From an uncultured virus (IMG/VR IMGVR_UViG_3300030330_005363) (Duplodnaviria > Heunggongvirae > Uroviricota > Caudoviricetes > Crassvirales): a DNA stretch of 64,000 nucleotides. Below, piece after piece: positions 41,801-50,407 of the stretch (within the stretch, counting starts at the first letter, position 1; every line of letters begins with the position of its first letter). The translations under genes and the position numbers were made by a program. The stretch is taken from IMG/VR virus record IMGVR_UViG_3300030330_005363, positions 1-64,000 of that record, one strand, 5' to 3'. The notes beneath the pieces were generated by a model. The model was not told where the DNA came from. It was given only the letters and a program-made list of their open reading frames with translations, and ran no database searches.

Positions 41801-44800
41801 CTAATAAACCTGTTAAGTATAAGTATGATTTATTAACAGGAAAAGAAATTGGCGCAGATCCTATTATCAAAAATCAAGCAGAAACTTTAATGAAGGCTTT
41901 AGGTAAAAATGAATCTAAAGTTTTTAAAGCGTTAGAAAAAGAAATAGCAGAACTTGCTACACCTGAAGGACAAAAGCCTAAAAAGTTTAGTGAAATGACT
42001 GATAAGGAAATAGCAGGTGCTTTATCTAAAGCTGGCTTTGCTTCAGATGCTGCTATGAAAAACGTTATGAAAAAAGATTTTAGTAAGATGACAGATGCTG
42101 AAAGAGCAGATGTATTGGCTACTAGAATTAACGCTAGAAATAACGCTATAAGACAAAAAGTATATGACGCTATTCAACAAGCAAAAGAGCAATATATAAA
42201 AGATGCTCCTAATCAAGCAGAAGCACTTAAAAGGATGGAGTATATTTTAAGACTTCAAAAAAATAATACAATGCATACTTCTGCTTTTGATAGACAAGCT
42301 GTTCCTGTTGAAGCTATATTTATGCCTGAAGGATCTAAGCTTTCAGATAAAACTGTAAAGTTAGAACACATTAAAACATCTGTAGAACAGTCAATGCAAG
42401 TAGGCAAAGCTATTATTGAAGGTAAATGGGGAGAAAGAGGCAAAAAAATAATGTCTGACTATACTGGAGTATTAGCTCCTAAAGAATTATTAGATATTAT
42501 TGATGACAAAGGAGGGAATACTAACGCAGCTAAAAGAGCTAGAATGGTTTTAGATCTTCAAAGATTGAAGAATTATAAAGTTGTAGGACCTGATGGTAAA
42601 TTTACTGAAAGTTATTATGATAAAGTAATAAATGATTTAGCTAGTGAACTTAAATTAACTAAGGGAGATAAAGCTATGTTGAAAGCTGATTGGATAGCTG
42701 ATCAAGTAGTAGAAAACATTCAAAACCCTAGTAAAGCAAATGAAATAAAACTTAAGCAAAGGTTAGACAATGCTAAAACTTATGAAAAACAATTTAAAGA
42801 AAATACTGAAATTCAACCAAGCTTTAGTCAAACTAAAAAGTTTAAATCTCAATCTGAACAGTTATCTAATTTAAGTTCGGTAGATCGAGCTTTACAACTT
42901 GCTAGAAAACAAAAAACTAGAAAAGATATAAAGAAAGCTAGAGTATTTGATTTTGATGATACAGTTGCTAGAACAAACAGTAAAGTATTTGCAACCAAAG
43001 GAAATGAAAGAAAAATTTTAACTGCAGAAGAGTTTGCTAAACAAGGAGAACAGTTAGTTAATGAAGGTTGGAAAATGGATTTTTCAGACTTTAATAGAGT
43101 GGTAGAAGGAAAGAAAGGTCCATTGTTTGAAGTAATGAAAAAGATGAAAGAAGCTGCAGGCGAAAGAGATTTATTTATTCTTACAGCTAGAGCTCCTGAA
43201 TCTGCAAAAGCTATTCACACGTTTTTAAAAGAAATGGGAATTGATATTCCATTAGAAAACATTACAGGATTAGGTAATAGTACGGCTAATGCAAAAGCAA
43301 ATTGGATAGTTGATAAAGCTGCAGAAGCTTATAATGATTTCTATTTTGCTGATGATCACATGGCTAATGTAAAAGCAGTAAAAGATGTATTGAATGTATT
43401 AGATGTCAAAGGAAAAGTTCAACAAGCTAAATTCAGTGAAACTTTAAGTAAAGATTTTAATAAACTATTAGAAGAATCAACTGGTGTAGAATGGTATAAA
43501 GAATTCTCTGCAGCAAAAGCTGAAGTGATGGGAGCAAATAAAGGTAAAAGAAAAATCATTTTACCATCTTCTGCTGAAGATTTCTTAGGGTTAGTTTATA
43601 CAACATTAGGTAAAGGTAAAGTAGGTGAAAGACAGTTACAATGGTATCAAGATAATGTTTTTAAACCTTACAATAGAGCTATGCATAGTTTGTCTACTGA
43701 CAGAGTTAATATGATGGCAGATTTTAAAGCTCTTAAAAAACAATTAAACGTACCAAAAGACTTAAGAAAGAAAACTAAATCTGGATTTACAAATGAACAA
43801 GCTGTAAGAACTTATTTATGGGGAAGAGCGGGAGAAAAAATACCTGGCTTGTCTAAAGCTGATTTAGCTGAAATGAATAAAATAATTGAAAACGATCCTA
43901 AACTTAAAGCATTTGCAGAACAAATTGAATTGTTAACTAAAGGAGATGGATATGTTAAGCCGGATAAAAATTGGTTAGCTGGTACTATTACAACCGATCT
44001 AATTAAATTATTAAACACTACTAAGAGAGGTAAGTATTTAGAAGAATGGCAAGCAAATGTTGATCAAATATATTCCAAAGAAAATTTAAACAAACTCGAA
44101 GCATTATATGGTAAAAAATATAGAGAAGCATTAGAGAATAGTTTATCTCGTATGAAATCTGGTAAAAATAGAACTAGTACTGGTAATAGATTAAGTAATC
44201 AAGTATTAGATTATATCAACCAATCACAAGGTGTTATAATGTTTTTTAATATGAGATCTGCTTTGTTACAGACTATATCTGCAACTAACTTTATTAATAT
44301 GAGTTTTAATAATCCAATAAAAGCTGGTAGAGCTTTTGCTAATCAAAAGCAATATTGGAAAGATTTTCTAGAATTAATGAATTCAGATTATTTAGTAGAT
44401 AGAAGAAATGGTTTGAAATTAAATATTTCAGAAAGCGAAATAGCAGATGCAGCAGCTACTAGTAAAAACAAAGCGAAAGCAGCTATAAATTATTTAATTG
44501 AAAAAGGATATGCTCCTACTAGAATTGCAGATAGTTTTGCTATCGCTTCAGGTGGAGCAACATGGTATAGAAACAGAATTAAAGAACTAGTAAAAAAAGA
44601 AGGATTAACTGAGATAGAAGCTAAACGTAAAGCTTTTGAGGAGTTTAGAGAGACAGCTGAAATATCACAACAATCATCAGATCCTAGTAAAATATCTCAA
44701 CAACAATCTAGTGATATAGGTAGGATGATTTTACAATTTGTTAACACACCTATGCAATACACTAGAATACAAAAGAGAGCTTTACAAGATATTATTAATA

Positions 44801-45453
44801 AAAGAGGAGATTGGAAAAGTAATGCTGGCAAAATAATGTATTATGGAATAATGCAAAACTTATGGTTTAACGCTATGCAACAAGGATTGTTTGCTGTAGG
44901 TTTTGGAGATGATGAGTTGAATGATAAAGAGCAAAAGAAAGTTTATGATACAGCTAATGGCATGGTGGATAGTATATTACGTGGCACTGGTTTAGGAGGT
45001 ATTACTCTTAGCGTGTTGAAAAATACAGTTTTAGATATTTATGACAGATCACAACGTAAAAGACCTGAGTATGGTGATGCGTGGCAAAATCTTTTACAAT
45101 TTTCTCCTGCTATAAGAAGTAAATTTAGTAAGTTAAAACAAGCAGCTTGGCCTTTTGATTCTAAGAAAAGAAGGCAAGAAATTTTTGATAAAGGTTTTAG
45201 TTTAGATAATCCAGCTTGGGAATCAGCTGCTAAAGTTATAAGTGCTACTACTAATATACCATTAGATAGACTGTTCACAAAATATGAAAATTTAGAAAGC
45301 ATGGCTTCTGATGACACCGAAACATGGGAAAAAGTATTTAACTTTTTAGGTTGGCCTGAATGGTCGTTGGATGTAACACCTACTGATCCTAAAAAGTCAA
45401 AATACAAAAAACCTAAAAATACATCAACTAAAAAGAAAAGAAAGAGAATATAA
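35860..45453 (+). CDS. Giant polyvalent virion/ejection protein: zincin HEXXH, sigma-region-2-like segment, HAD domain
   Basis: HEVLH aa1230-1234; KFDAAKNDNFYGYLNRFLK ~aa1508-1527; VFDFDDT aa2362-2368 plus LTAR and FADD. Confidence 0.75.
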   Translation: MEDENIPEGFELVEDTSVENIPDGFEVVDDVEISEELEPAEDPTEMLKLEEELDGWQPDVSFTVHNPNYYEELPMMDIERGKYQKWKRLQELREPLTQPFDPNRPPSPTFSSISKPTLPSPQEMTNLNPLNKLNLTPEMIGEQDEAVEDIDEFGIPIPQPQQMDLGPAGTMYNLPVPETPEQAAQRKYSQDELEKGKQSQKDYYAKENYGKNFKQLTDGEKAKVNKRIENEIFLGDREAWEDGSRSHYNFNVWDKDFVANDGWVNAQDWSNKGIVIPYNKANLMPNGRVEYSIPRINVGNPYELQNVWVQHESNLYKNKDLRYLTYKEQQKNPNLSKTEAEDKAEEIINNRREEFTRRYFNDEMLALEDAKNNYLSVVEKYGDDSEEAAKAASTYVAAHKKFTEAEMLFDPSTGEFKNKSKFTKAKQGELADYNESVDQRAQQLAETTDQEDLEDLSNTLMYDLYALNTAFATSNVRNQVWDGVGLYGMAADEIRNENGIAFLQGKSIYNYGIDYLTGTKLGTSMKFKNPLAKYIDNDDFETDVEKAMAMRDVKLGDNRMPFKLSHIPGNSAFAQQYNAKLDEFLSVSKAIQLNYDPTTLERTGGTIFQPMKMINRALTNIGPTMLGESSTYRSESADQLAKDFVSALEQGGYEMSDEVKERVEDTTNDLIMDTTPQLANFLLEMFLLKGVGRAAGAGRLYKSAVGLGKGTNIYKNSRIFKHAYDISAATIREIGIGIGINKMDETLTGNEGMSLTGWGAVGAGNEISNKMMSALFNGKIPGFGNIMYALGKSKIAQGFAQGTMQATASTGVMAGSEMFDQMVNHDKSFGEAWEEYFPKNEEGNYDFNSLQKAMITFSHMTMLGVGSRLTNNPPGLRRTYKALEADLLAIQGKNPVTKASAKELGLNYDKAITEKQINDSYNKRYNEVVTDPKFDGQFTLNPINGKIVPKKGSLLETEIRNLTSAKNNMLQFKDLTAIQNDIMSRQKAQKGNIKGTVAGKAEIFTKEKQAAELGQTINADLNNTGNYKVKNLEEAELITSLPVDMIEFGVAGANSNPALRTKLKQIQARQKNNLEYINQYAPGKNNPLRKPIYEKLQALETEKSDLSKLQAYKQSPEGKTDPTIETKILRTEEKIDQLNKELDVDLKKGIEQTTLKREADIAKARERVGSEAIEEYSQNEYIEKAKEAGVDVGKGQQEGFFIGKDKAGKERILINKDWAKEVGNVSVGTHEVLHKLTKDALPEGTAETNRLISEFKKSLTYDQYNTIKDAVESTSAFKKNPNTVEWINVFQDAVRKGDISPNSKGWKGIGDVYEKVFRKGGFEKIEFKTGKDVYDYVVDYAVKDKAPELKAQELKSEDVKTREAAREEGQFSGKQELEAERKTLMDEQLKLGKEAAGSKLYEQNKARIQEISRELKGDAVKLKELSQKDRDSFITNQGKQLNKLWTKDLKNLNKMDKIIDKMIENHAYKRGLDKLPDFKMDEFIAETRRGVSNKGTLRGLDKFIWGQNKFDAAKNDNFYGYLNRFLKVSADNALKSGNVTSKDFKGELSGKESTPSPEPIEPTIVKSKAREIVGIKTPQELTKLIEEGKLSKGEYDQQLKRYNEIENKVVDYLQKEVLKDEVVTEKLGKDLNDYLRKELAADIRGEMGKGKAYEDFIVKAYDEVLKPLSEQPGPVNDIFTRAKQRDLWYEGTGKRYVKIKGKSQPELMRKLTPSKERVKDYYLKQGDFAKAPNSKGNLKIALSEQLSEIIGKDIMPSLLNSGKAFKGLSPENKALLNKDVTTGIISDMIKRNPDMQFSETVKRKIPDFGQNTFDSFRLMKTDHPRLFKEFRAAVIDGVEQQWLEANPNFNKYLEQPILRAAKRKALAARKESQSFKKAIQKYPDKVMWNGKELDISSLKNADWDPMSGTYKGGKYYDTNIIKPYLEHAGKFAEYLPKWLLKMANKEAVLQTLGSSTQATGRSVSTITESLDYQSGRSDYNPNKPVKYKYDLLTGKEIGADPIIKNQAETLMKALGKNESKVFKALEKEIAELATPEGQKPKKFSEMTDKEIAGALSKAGFASDAAMKNVMKKDFSKMTDAERADVLATRINARNNAIRQKVYDAIQQAKEQYIKDAPNQAEALKRMEYILRLQKNNTMHTSAFDRQAVPVEAIFMPEGSKLSDKTVKLEHIKTSVEQSMQVGKAIIEGKWGERGKKIMSDYTGVLAPKELLDIIDDKGGNTNAAKRARMVLDLQRLKNYKVVGPDGKFTESYYDKVINDLASELKLTKGDKAMLKADWIADQVVENIQNPSKANEIKLKQRLDNAKTYEKQFKENTEIQPSFSQTKKFKSQSEQLSNLSSVDRALQLARKQKTRKDIKKARVFDFDDTVARTNSKVFATKGNERKILTAEEFAKQGEQLVNEGWKMDFSDFNRVVEGKKGPLFEVMKKMKEAAGERDLFILTARAPESAKAIHTFLKEMGIDIPLENITGLGNSTANAKANWIVDKAAEAYNDFYFADDHMANVKAVKDVLNVLDVKGKVQQAKFSETLSKDFNKLLEESTGVEWYKEFSAAKAEVMGANKGKRKIILPSSAEDFLGLVYTTLGKGKVGERQLQWYQDNVFKPYNRAMHSLSTDRVNMMADFKALKKQLNVPKDLRKKTKSGFTNEQAVRTYLWGRAGEKIPGLSKADLAEMNKIIENDPKLKAFAEQIELLTKGDGYVKPDKNWLAGTITTDLIKLLNTTKRGKYLEEWQANVDQIYSKENLNKLEALYGKKYREALENSLSRMKSGKNRTSTGNRLSNQVLDYINQSQGVIMFFNMRSALLQTISATNFINMSFNNPIKAGRAFANQKQYWKDFLELMNSDYLVDRRNGLKLNISESEIADAAATSKNKAKAAINYLIEKGYAPTRIADSFAIASGGATWYRNRIKELVKKEGLTEIEAKRKAFEEFRETAEISQQSSDPSKISQQQSSDIGRMILQFVNTPMQYTRIQKRALQDIINKRGDWKSNAGKIMYYGIMQNLWFNAMQQGLFAVGFGDDELNDKEQKKVYDTANGMVDSILRGTGLGGITLSVLKNTVLDIYDRSQRKRPEYGDAWQNLLQFSPAIRSKFSKLKQAAWPFDSKKRRQEIFDKGFSLDNPAWESAAKVISATTNIPLDRLFTKYENLESMASDDTETWEKVFNFLGWPEWSLDVTPTDPKKSKYKKPKNTSTKKKRKRI

Positions 45454-45728
45454 TGAAAATAAACGAACAAACAGAAGTAAAACTAGATTTAAAAGGTATA
45501 ATTAAAATTGTAGTTTTAACAGCGACTTTTGTGGGGATGTATTATACTTTACAATCAGATATAGAAGAAGCTAAAAAAATGCCACCAGCTGTTATAGATA
45601 GAATTGAATACGATCTTAAACAACAATGGCAAACTCAACACATCGAAAAATTAGAAGAGAAAGTAGATGAAATATTATTTTGGTGTAGAGAAGTAGATAA
45701 AGAAGTATACAAAAATAAAAAGAAATAA
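45453..45728 (+). CDS. Membrane-anchored coiled-coil protein
   Basis: One TM segment followed by heptads. Confidence 0.7.
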   Translation: MKINEQTEVKLDLKGIIKIVVLTATFVGMYYTLQSDIEEAKKMPPAVIDRIEYDLKQQWQTQHIEKLEEKVDEILFWCREVDKEVYKNKKK

Positions 45729-45729
45729 C

Positions 45730-46107
45730 ATGGCATTTAAAATGAAACCTAATCCACCGTTAGCAAACGGAGATATTACTAAGAAGCCTTGGCAAACTTA
45801 TACATCTAGTATATTAGATGAAAAAGGTAACATAAAGTATGAAAAAGATTCTCCATATGATCAACGTAAAAACGAAATTGTAGAAGGAGTTAAAGAGATT
45901 AAAACACAAGCTGATGAAGTTACTGGAAGCCGTGGATCTAAGAACGCAACATGGAAGAACATTTTTAGAGATTTAAAAAAGACTAATGTTGTAGATGATA
46001 AAACAGCTTTAGAGTTTAAAAACAGAGCAGATCAAGCTCCTAGTGGTGCGCGTGGAACTAAAAATTCTGCTATGAAAAAAATAATAAGAAATTTAAAAGA
46101 ATTATAA
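45730..46107 (+). CDS. Basic hypothetical protein with internal duplication
   Basis: GSRGSKNATWKNIFRDLKK / GARGTKNSAMKKIIRNLKE. Confidence 0.7.
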   Translation: MAFKMKPNPPLANGDITKKPWQTYTSSILDEKGNIKYEKDSPYDQRKNEIVEGVKEIKTQADEVTGSRGSKNATWKNIFRDLKKTNVVDDKTALEFKNRADQAPSGARGTKNSAMKKIIRNLKEL

Positions 46108-47534
46108 TGAAACATTTACTAACTTTAATATTTACTTTACTTATTGTATTGGGTTACTCTCAATGTGATAACGGTACTAATTATTATCCTAGCACTATAT
46201 ATACTCCAGCAGACGATGTTTGGGGTTCTGCTACGAGTTGGAATTATGCCGGTGAAGTTATTAGAGTTAATGTAGTAGATGGAGACGAATATCAGTTTTC
46301 TACGTGTGATGGATTTGGAGGAGTACTAGCTTCATATGACACACAGCTTACACTAATAGATGAATCAGGTGTAGTAGTAGGATTTAATGATGACTATACA
46401 GGTTGTACAGGTTATACTTCTTATTTAAAGTATACTCCAAATTATACGGGAGTTTTATACGTTCACTTAAATGAATACAATTGTGCTTCTAATTCCACGT
46501 TAACTGAAGTAATGATATATAAAACACCTGCTCCTACCGGTGGTGGTGGTGGAACTACTAATCCTAATGAAGTTGTAATTGGAGATCCTAATTCTAGTTT
46601 AGAAGATGGTAGAGTTCCTGCTTATGGATATTATGATTATAGTTGGAGTGCTTCTATTTATACAGCTGCAGAGCTTGGTGGTATACCTTTGAACATAGAG
46701 AAAATTAGTTGGAACATTACTAACGGAGCAACAATGACAATGAACAATCAAGAGATCTGGATGGCAATGACTATGGATGAAGAATTTATGGATGGTACTA
46801 TGCCTGAAGATGGAGTTGGGCCTTGGACAGATTGGAAATTAGTATATAACGGTACTATAGATTTTATACCTGGTTGGAATGAAATAATGCTACAGGGTTT
46901 ATACGGATATGATGGCATACAAAACTTAGTAGTTAAAGTAGTTAATAATCATGGTTCATGGGCTTCAAGTTATCCTGAGTTTCAATATACAACTAAATTA
47001 AATTCTGTAGTATATAATTATGACGATGGAACTTTTCCAGGACCTATAGGATATAGAAATTCTATTAGACCAAACACTTTGTTTGGATGGCAAAGTGGAG
47101 GAACAGCTTTACCTATAGATCTTATATCATTTACAGGAGAAATAATAGGTGGTGATGTTAATCCAATTGTTTTAATTAGATGGACAACTTTATCACAGGT
47201 TAATAATGATTACTTTGAGGTACAAAGAAGCATTGATGCTGAAACTTGGAAGACGATTAGAACTGTGACAGGAGCTGGGAATAGTAATAGCCAAATGTCA
47301 TATAGTATTATTGATAATGATCCATTTTTCGGAGTTTCTTATTATCGTCTGAAACAAACTGATTATGACGGACAATACGAATCATTTCATCCTATATCAA
47401 TCTCAATCAGTTCAGAAGAAAAAATAATAGATAAAATTGTAAACTTCGCAGGACAAGAAGTAAATAAGTATTACAAAGGAATGGTATTAGAAATATATCA
47501 AGATGGAACTTATGTAAAAAAATATTATGAATAA
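46107..47534 (+). CDS. Secreted Bacteroidota-type protein with T9SS-like C-terminus
   Basis: Signal peptide; LPIDLISFTG...NNDYFEVQRS...YYRLKQTDYDG domain; terminal GQEV...YQDGTYVKK. Confidence 0.8.
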   Translation: MKHLLTLIFTLLIVLGYSQCDNGTNYYPSTIYTPADDVWGSATSWNYAGEVIRVNVVDGDEYQFSTCDGFGGVLASYDTQLTLIDESGVVVGFNDDYTGCTGYTSYLKYTPNYTGVLYVHLNEYNCASNSTLTEVMIYKTPAPTGGGGGTTNPNEVVIGDPNSSLEDGRVPAYGYYDYSWSASIYTAAELGGIPLNIEKISWNITNGATMTMNNQEIWMAMTMDEEFMDGTMPEDGVGPWTDWKLVYNGTIDFIPGWNEIMLQGLYGYDGIQNLVVKVVNNHGSWASSYPEFQYTTKLNSVVYNYDDGTFPGPIGYRNSIRPNTLFGWQSGGTALPIDLISFTGEIIGGDVNPIVLIRWTTLSQVNNDYFEVQRSIDAETWKTIRTVTGAGNSNSQMSYSIIDNDPFFGVSYYRLKQTDYDGQYESFHPISISISSEEKIIDKIVNFAGQEVNKYYKGMVLEIYQDGTYVKKYYE

Positions 47535-47577
47535 GGAACACTAAAAAATGGGCACCATACCCAAAGTTCCTGTAACC

Positions 47578-47611
47578 AAAAAAGGGGATCTCAATACGAG
47601 TTCCCCTTTTT
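47578..47611. terminator. Bidirectional terminator between the convergent arms
   Basis: AAAAAAGGGGA-tctcaatacgagt-TCCCCTTTTT. Confidence 0.85.
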
Positions 47612-47629
47612 AATTTGACTAAATTTATA

Positions 47630-49492
47630 TTATTTAATCTCACAAGCTCCACCAGCACAAGCTAGTTCACCTGATAAGTCTGTGTTATCTTCTGTTTCTG
47701 TTATGTTTGATAAGTCAACTTGCTTTAATGATTGCATTAACTCTTGATATTTATTTGGATCTATATCCTCAAATGGAGCTTGAGTATACGTTCCACCATC
47801 ATAAGGTAATACAGATAAACCGTTATAGTATTCTCTGTTGTCCCACATCCATTCTCCAGCATCAACCCATTCTTCAGGTTGTAAACTTATAGTAGCTGAA
47901 ACATTGTGAGTATTAGATCCTTTCCTATGACCTGGTTTAACCCATTCAGTTGCTATTTTTTTAACTCTATTTAAAAGATCAAATGGAGATTCAGTTCTAA
48001 GTATTGAACCTTCAGGAGCTTTTTGAGGTATGGATATTACAGCAGTATCGTGAGGTCGGAAATATTCATCTTCAATTAATTCAGGATGATGTTTAGCTAA
48101 ATATTTATACATTGATTCGTTTTTACCAACCCTGATCCTACGGATGTAATAATCATTGTGCCATGCGTGAATACCCGATGATGTTCCTAATGCCAGAGAT
48201 GTCGTCCCAGCAGGCTTCACAGTTGTACATCGTGCGGCTTTATTAATTCCAATTAGCTTCGCGACTCTTGTGTTTTCTCTTTTTACAAGTTGAGCGGCTT
48301 TCTCCATGTCGTATCCTAACACCGTGCCACTCCCAATCCCCGTCATGCTCACTCCAATCAAAGCGTCTTTTTCGGTTGTTTCTTGCCATATTTCTCTTAA
48401 ATAATGAAAGTCAGTGTAACCAGCTTGTAACGTTCCAATAAACGCCGCAGCTTTTACTCTTTCGTTTAGATCTTCTTGTGATTTAAGATCTGAAACATTA
48501 ACTTCACATAAGTTACAAAATTGATAAGGTCTTAATGCTATTTCGCAACAGGGATTTGTACCCCAATCCTTATCATTGTTAAAATAAATTCCGGGTTCTC
48601 CGGCTCCACTTTTTTCAACACGTTCCCATAAATTCATAAAGTAATCTTTAGTAATTTTATGTCGCATTAAAACAGCAGAGTTATTTGATCTACCTCTTTG
48701 TGGGTTTGTTTCCCACCAATTTCCAGATTTACAAGCAATCATTTCATGATCATCTGCAGAAAATAAAGATATTAAAGCAGCCCGTCTAATACCACCTGCT
48801 AATACAGCGTCAGCTATATGACATACAATATCATGAACTTCTACTGTTGTTAATTGGTCTCCATCTTCTTTAGCTTGTAATATACCTTTAAGTTTAACTA
48901 AACACTCTTTTAAAGGTTGTGGGCCAGGAGCTTTACCTCCTGACGTCACTAACTGAGCACCTTTAGGTCTTATATCCGAATAATCGAAACTAATTCTAGA
49001 CGATCTTCGATCACCCATATAAGACTTCATTAACACTTTAATTGCATCAGCCCACCCTTCAATTGAATCACCAATTAAAAATCTTCTCCTACGTTTTTCA
49101 TAAGGTTTGTTTATAGGAGGTAATTTACTAACATGGTGTTTTTGAACAGAATAACCTACTCCAGTTCCTCCAAGAAGTAAAAACATTACTTCGTGGAATG
49201 AATCTACATGGTCAATAGGGAGATAAGCGCAGTTGTATACTCTGTTAGGAGATATCTCAATCGGTTTGCCACCGAATTGAAGACTACGCATACTTGGTAA
49301 AACCTTCTTTTCATATACTAACTTATAAACTTTTTCTATATCGTCTTTTAAGTCTGGATACTTTTTAATATGCATTTGTTTATTCCTTGTTACTAATTCA
49401 TTCCAAGTTTCCCTGCGATTTAGTTCTGGAATATACTTCGCATATTTCATATACACTGTAATATTAGATAAGATTTCACTTGCTAGTTCCAT
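47630..49492 (-). CDS. nrdJ: Class II (B12-dependent) ribonucleotide reductase
   Basis: TNPCCEI, QFCNLCE, TTVKPAGT and C-terminal CAGGACEIK; no beta subunit gene nearby. Confidence 0.92.
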   Translation of the reverse strand: MELASEILSNITVYMKYAKYIPELNRRETWNELVTRNKQMHIKKYPDLKDDIEKVYKLVYEKKVLPSMRSLQFGGKPIEISPNRVYNCAYLPIDHVDSFHEVMFLLLGGTGVGYSVQKHHVSKLPPINKPYEKRRRRFLIGDSIEGWADAIKVLMKSYMGDRRSSRISFDYSDIRPKGAQLVTSGGKAPGPQPLKECLVKLKGILQAKEDGDQLTTVEVHDIVCHIADAVLAGGIRRAALISLFSADDHEMIACKSGNWWETNPQRGRSNNSAVLMRHKITKDYFMNLWERVEKSGAGEPGIYFNNDKDWGTNPCCEIALRPYQFCNLCEVNVSDLKSQEDLNERVKAAAFIGTLQAGYTDFHYLREIWQETTEKDALIGVSMTGIGSGTVLGYDMEKAAQLVKRENTRVAKLIGINKAARCTTVKPAGTTSLALGTSSGIHAWHNDYYIRRIRVGKNESMYKYLAKHHPELIEDEYFRPHDTAVISIPQKAPEGSILRTESPFDLLNRVKKIATEWVKPGHRKGSNTHNVSATISLQPEEWVDAGEWMWDNREYYNGLSVLPYDGGTYTQAPFEDIDPNKYQELMQSLKQVDLSNITETEDNTDLSGELACAGGACEIK

Positions 49493-49703
49493 TCTCTTTT
49501 GCTTTCATTTTCTCTTCTACATTTTCCTCCATCTTCTTTTTTAATTCATCGATGGCGTCTTGATAACCCGGCATAAGCTTTAAGGTTTCAAGTGTTCCTA
49601 CACCTAATTCTCTTAGGTGTGATATTTCATTTATTAAATGCTGAATAACTCTAGTAGATGCTTCTACTTTATTCTTCATTTCTATTAAAGTTTGTTCTTT
49701 CAT
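49476..49703 (-). CDS. Hypothetical protein
   Basis: ORF. Confidence 0.7.
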   Translation of the reverse strand: MKEQTLIEMKNKVEASTRVIQHLINEISHLRELGVGTLETLKLMPGYQDAIDELKKKMEENVEEKMKAKENGTSK

Positions 49704-49848
49704 CGTAAATATCTATACATAAATCAATTAAGGGTAAATAAAACACATGGGAAGTTCTGTATTCGCCTTCTTCATTAAGGCCGTGATAAGTTCTCATTCC
49801 GATTAATATGCCCGGATAAAAACCTACACTCAAGTCCCAATCTTTCAT
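49669..49848 (-). CDS. Hypothetical protein (59 aa, MKDWDLSVGFYPGILIG...)
   Basis: Read manually; fills the gap in the - operon. Confidence 0.6.
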   Translation of the reverse strand: MKDWDLSVGFYPGILIGMRTYHGLNEEGEYRTSHVFYLPLIDLCIDIYDERTNFNRNEE

Positions 49849-49957
49849 TTATATTGTTTTTCAAATTCAATTAATTCTTTATATTTCAAATATCCTTTTT
49901 GTTCAATACTCCATTTAACAAATTTATCAACTTGTCTATTCTTGTATTGCATACGAG

Positions 49958-50407
49958 CTATTGCTGCACTTTGCTTAGGATGAGGTTTATAGTTTCGTCG
50001 CACTCTTTTTGATTTTGTGGTTTGTAAATTGTTATTTTAGATCCCCAGGTTTCAGCTGCGAATTTCTTAAATAATTTCCAACGGATTGGAAACGACTCGT
50101 TAGGTCTTCCCTTACATTCAATAATGAATCCGTCTCCGATGAAGTCTGGTGTATAAGAGATTTTACGTATAGTCTTATGTCCTCTATTTTTATAATCCCC
50201 TTTTCCATTAGCACATCTCTCATAAACATCTATATTAAATTCAAATTCACGCACAAGATCATATGTGTAACCTTCGTATTTAGCTTTTATATTAGCAGCT
50301 TTTAAAGCTTTGTACATATAAGCTTCTAAACCTGAAGAGAAAGAAATACCATCAACGATGGTTTTCTTTGCTCTTACTGGTCCTTTTTTCTTTTTACGAC
50401 GCAACAT
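49958..50407 (-). CDS. T7 endonuclease I-like PD-(D/E)xK nuclease/resolvase
   Basis: FSSGLE...YE...YTPDF...IIECKG. Confidence 0.8.
   Translation of the reverse strand: MLRRKKKKGPVRAKKTIVDGISFSSGLEAYMYKALKAANIKAKYEGYTYDLVREFEFNIDVYERCANGKGDYKNRGHKTIRKISYTPDFIGDGFIIECKGRPNESFPIRWKLFKKFAAETWGSKITIYKPQNQKECDETINLILSKVQQ

Noticed and set aside
42949..42963. DFDD in the giant protein as a crAss-type virion RNA polymerase active site
   Set aside because: Context is hhhDxDxT with downstream TAR and DD, i.e. a HAD signature, not the DxDxD RNAP loop.
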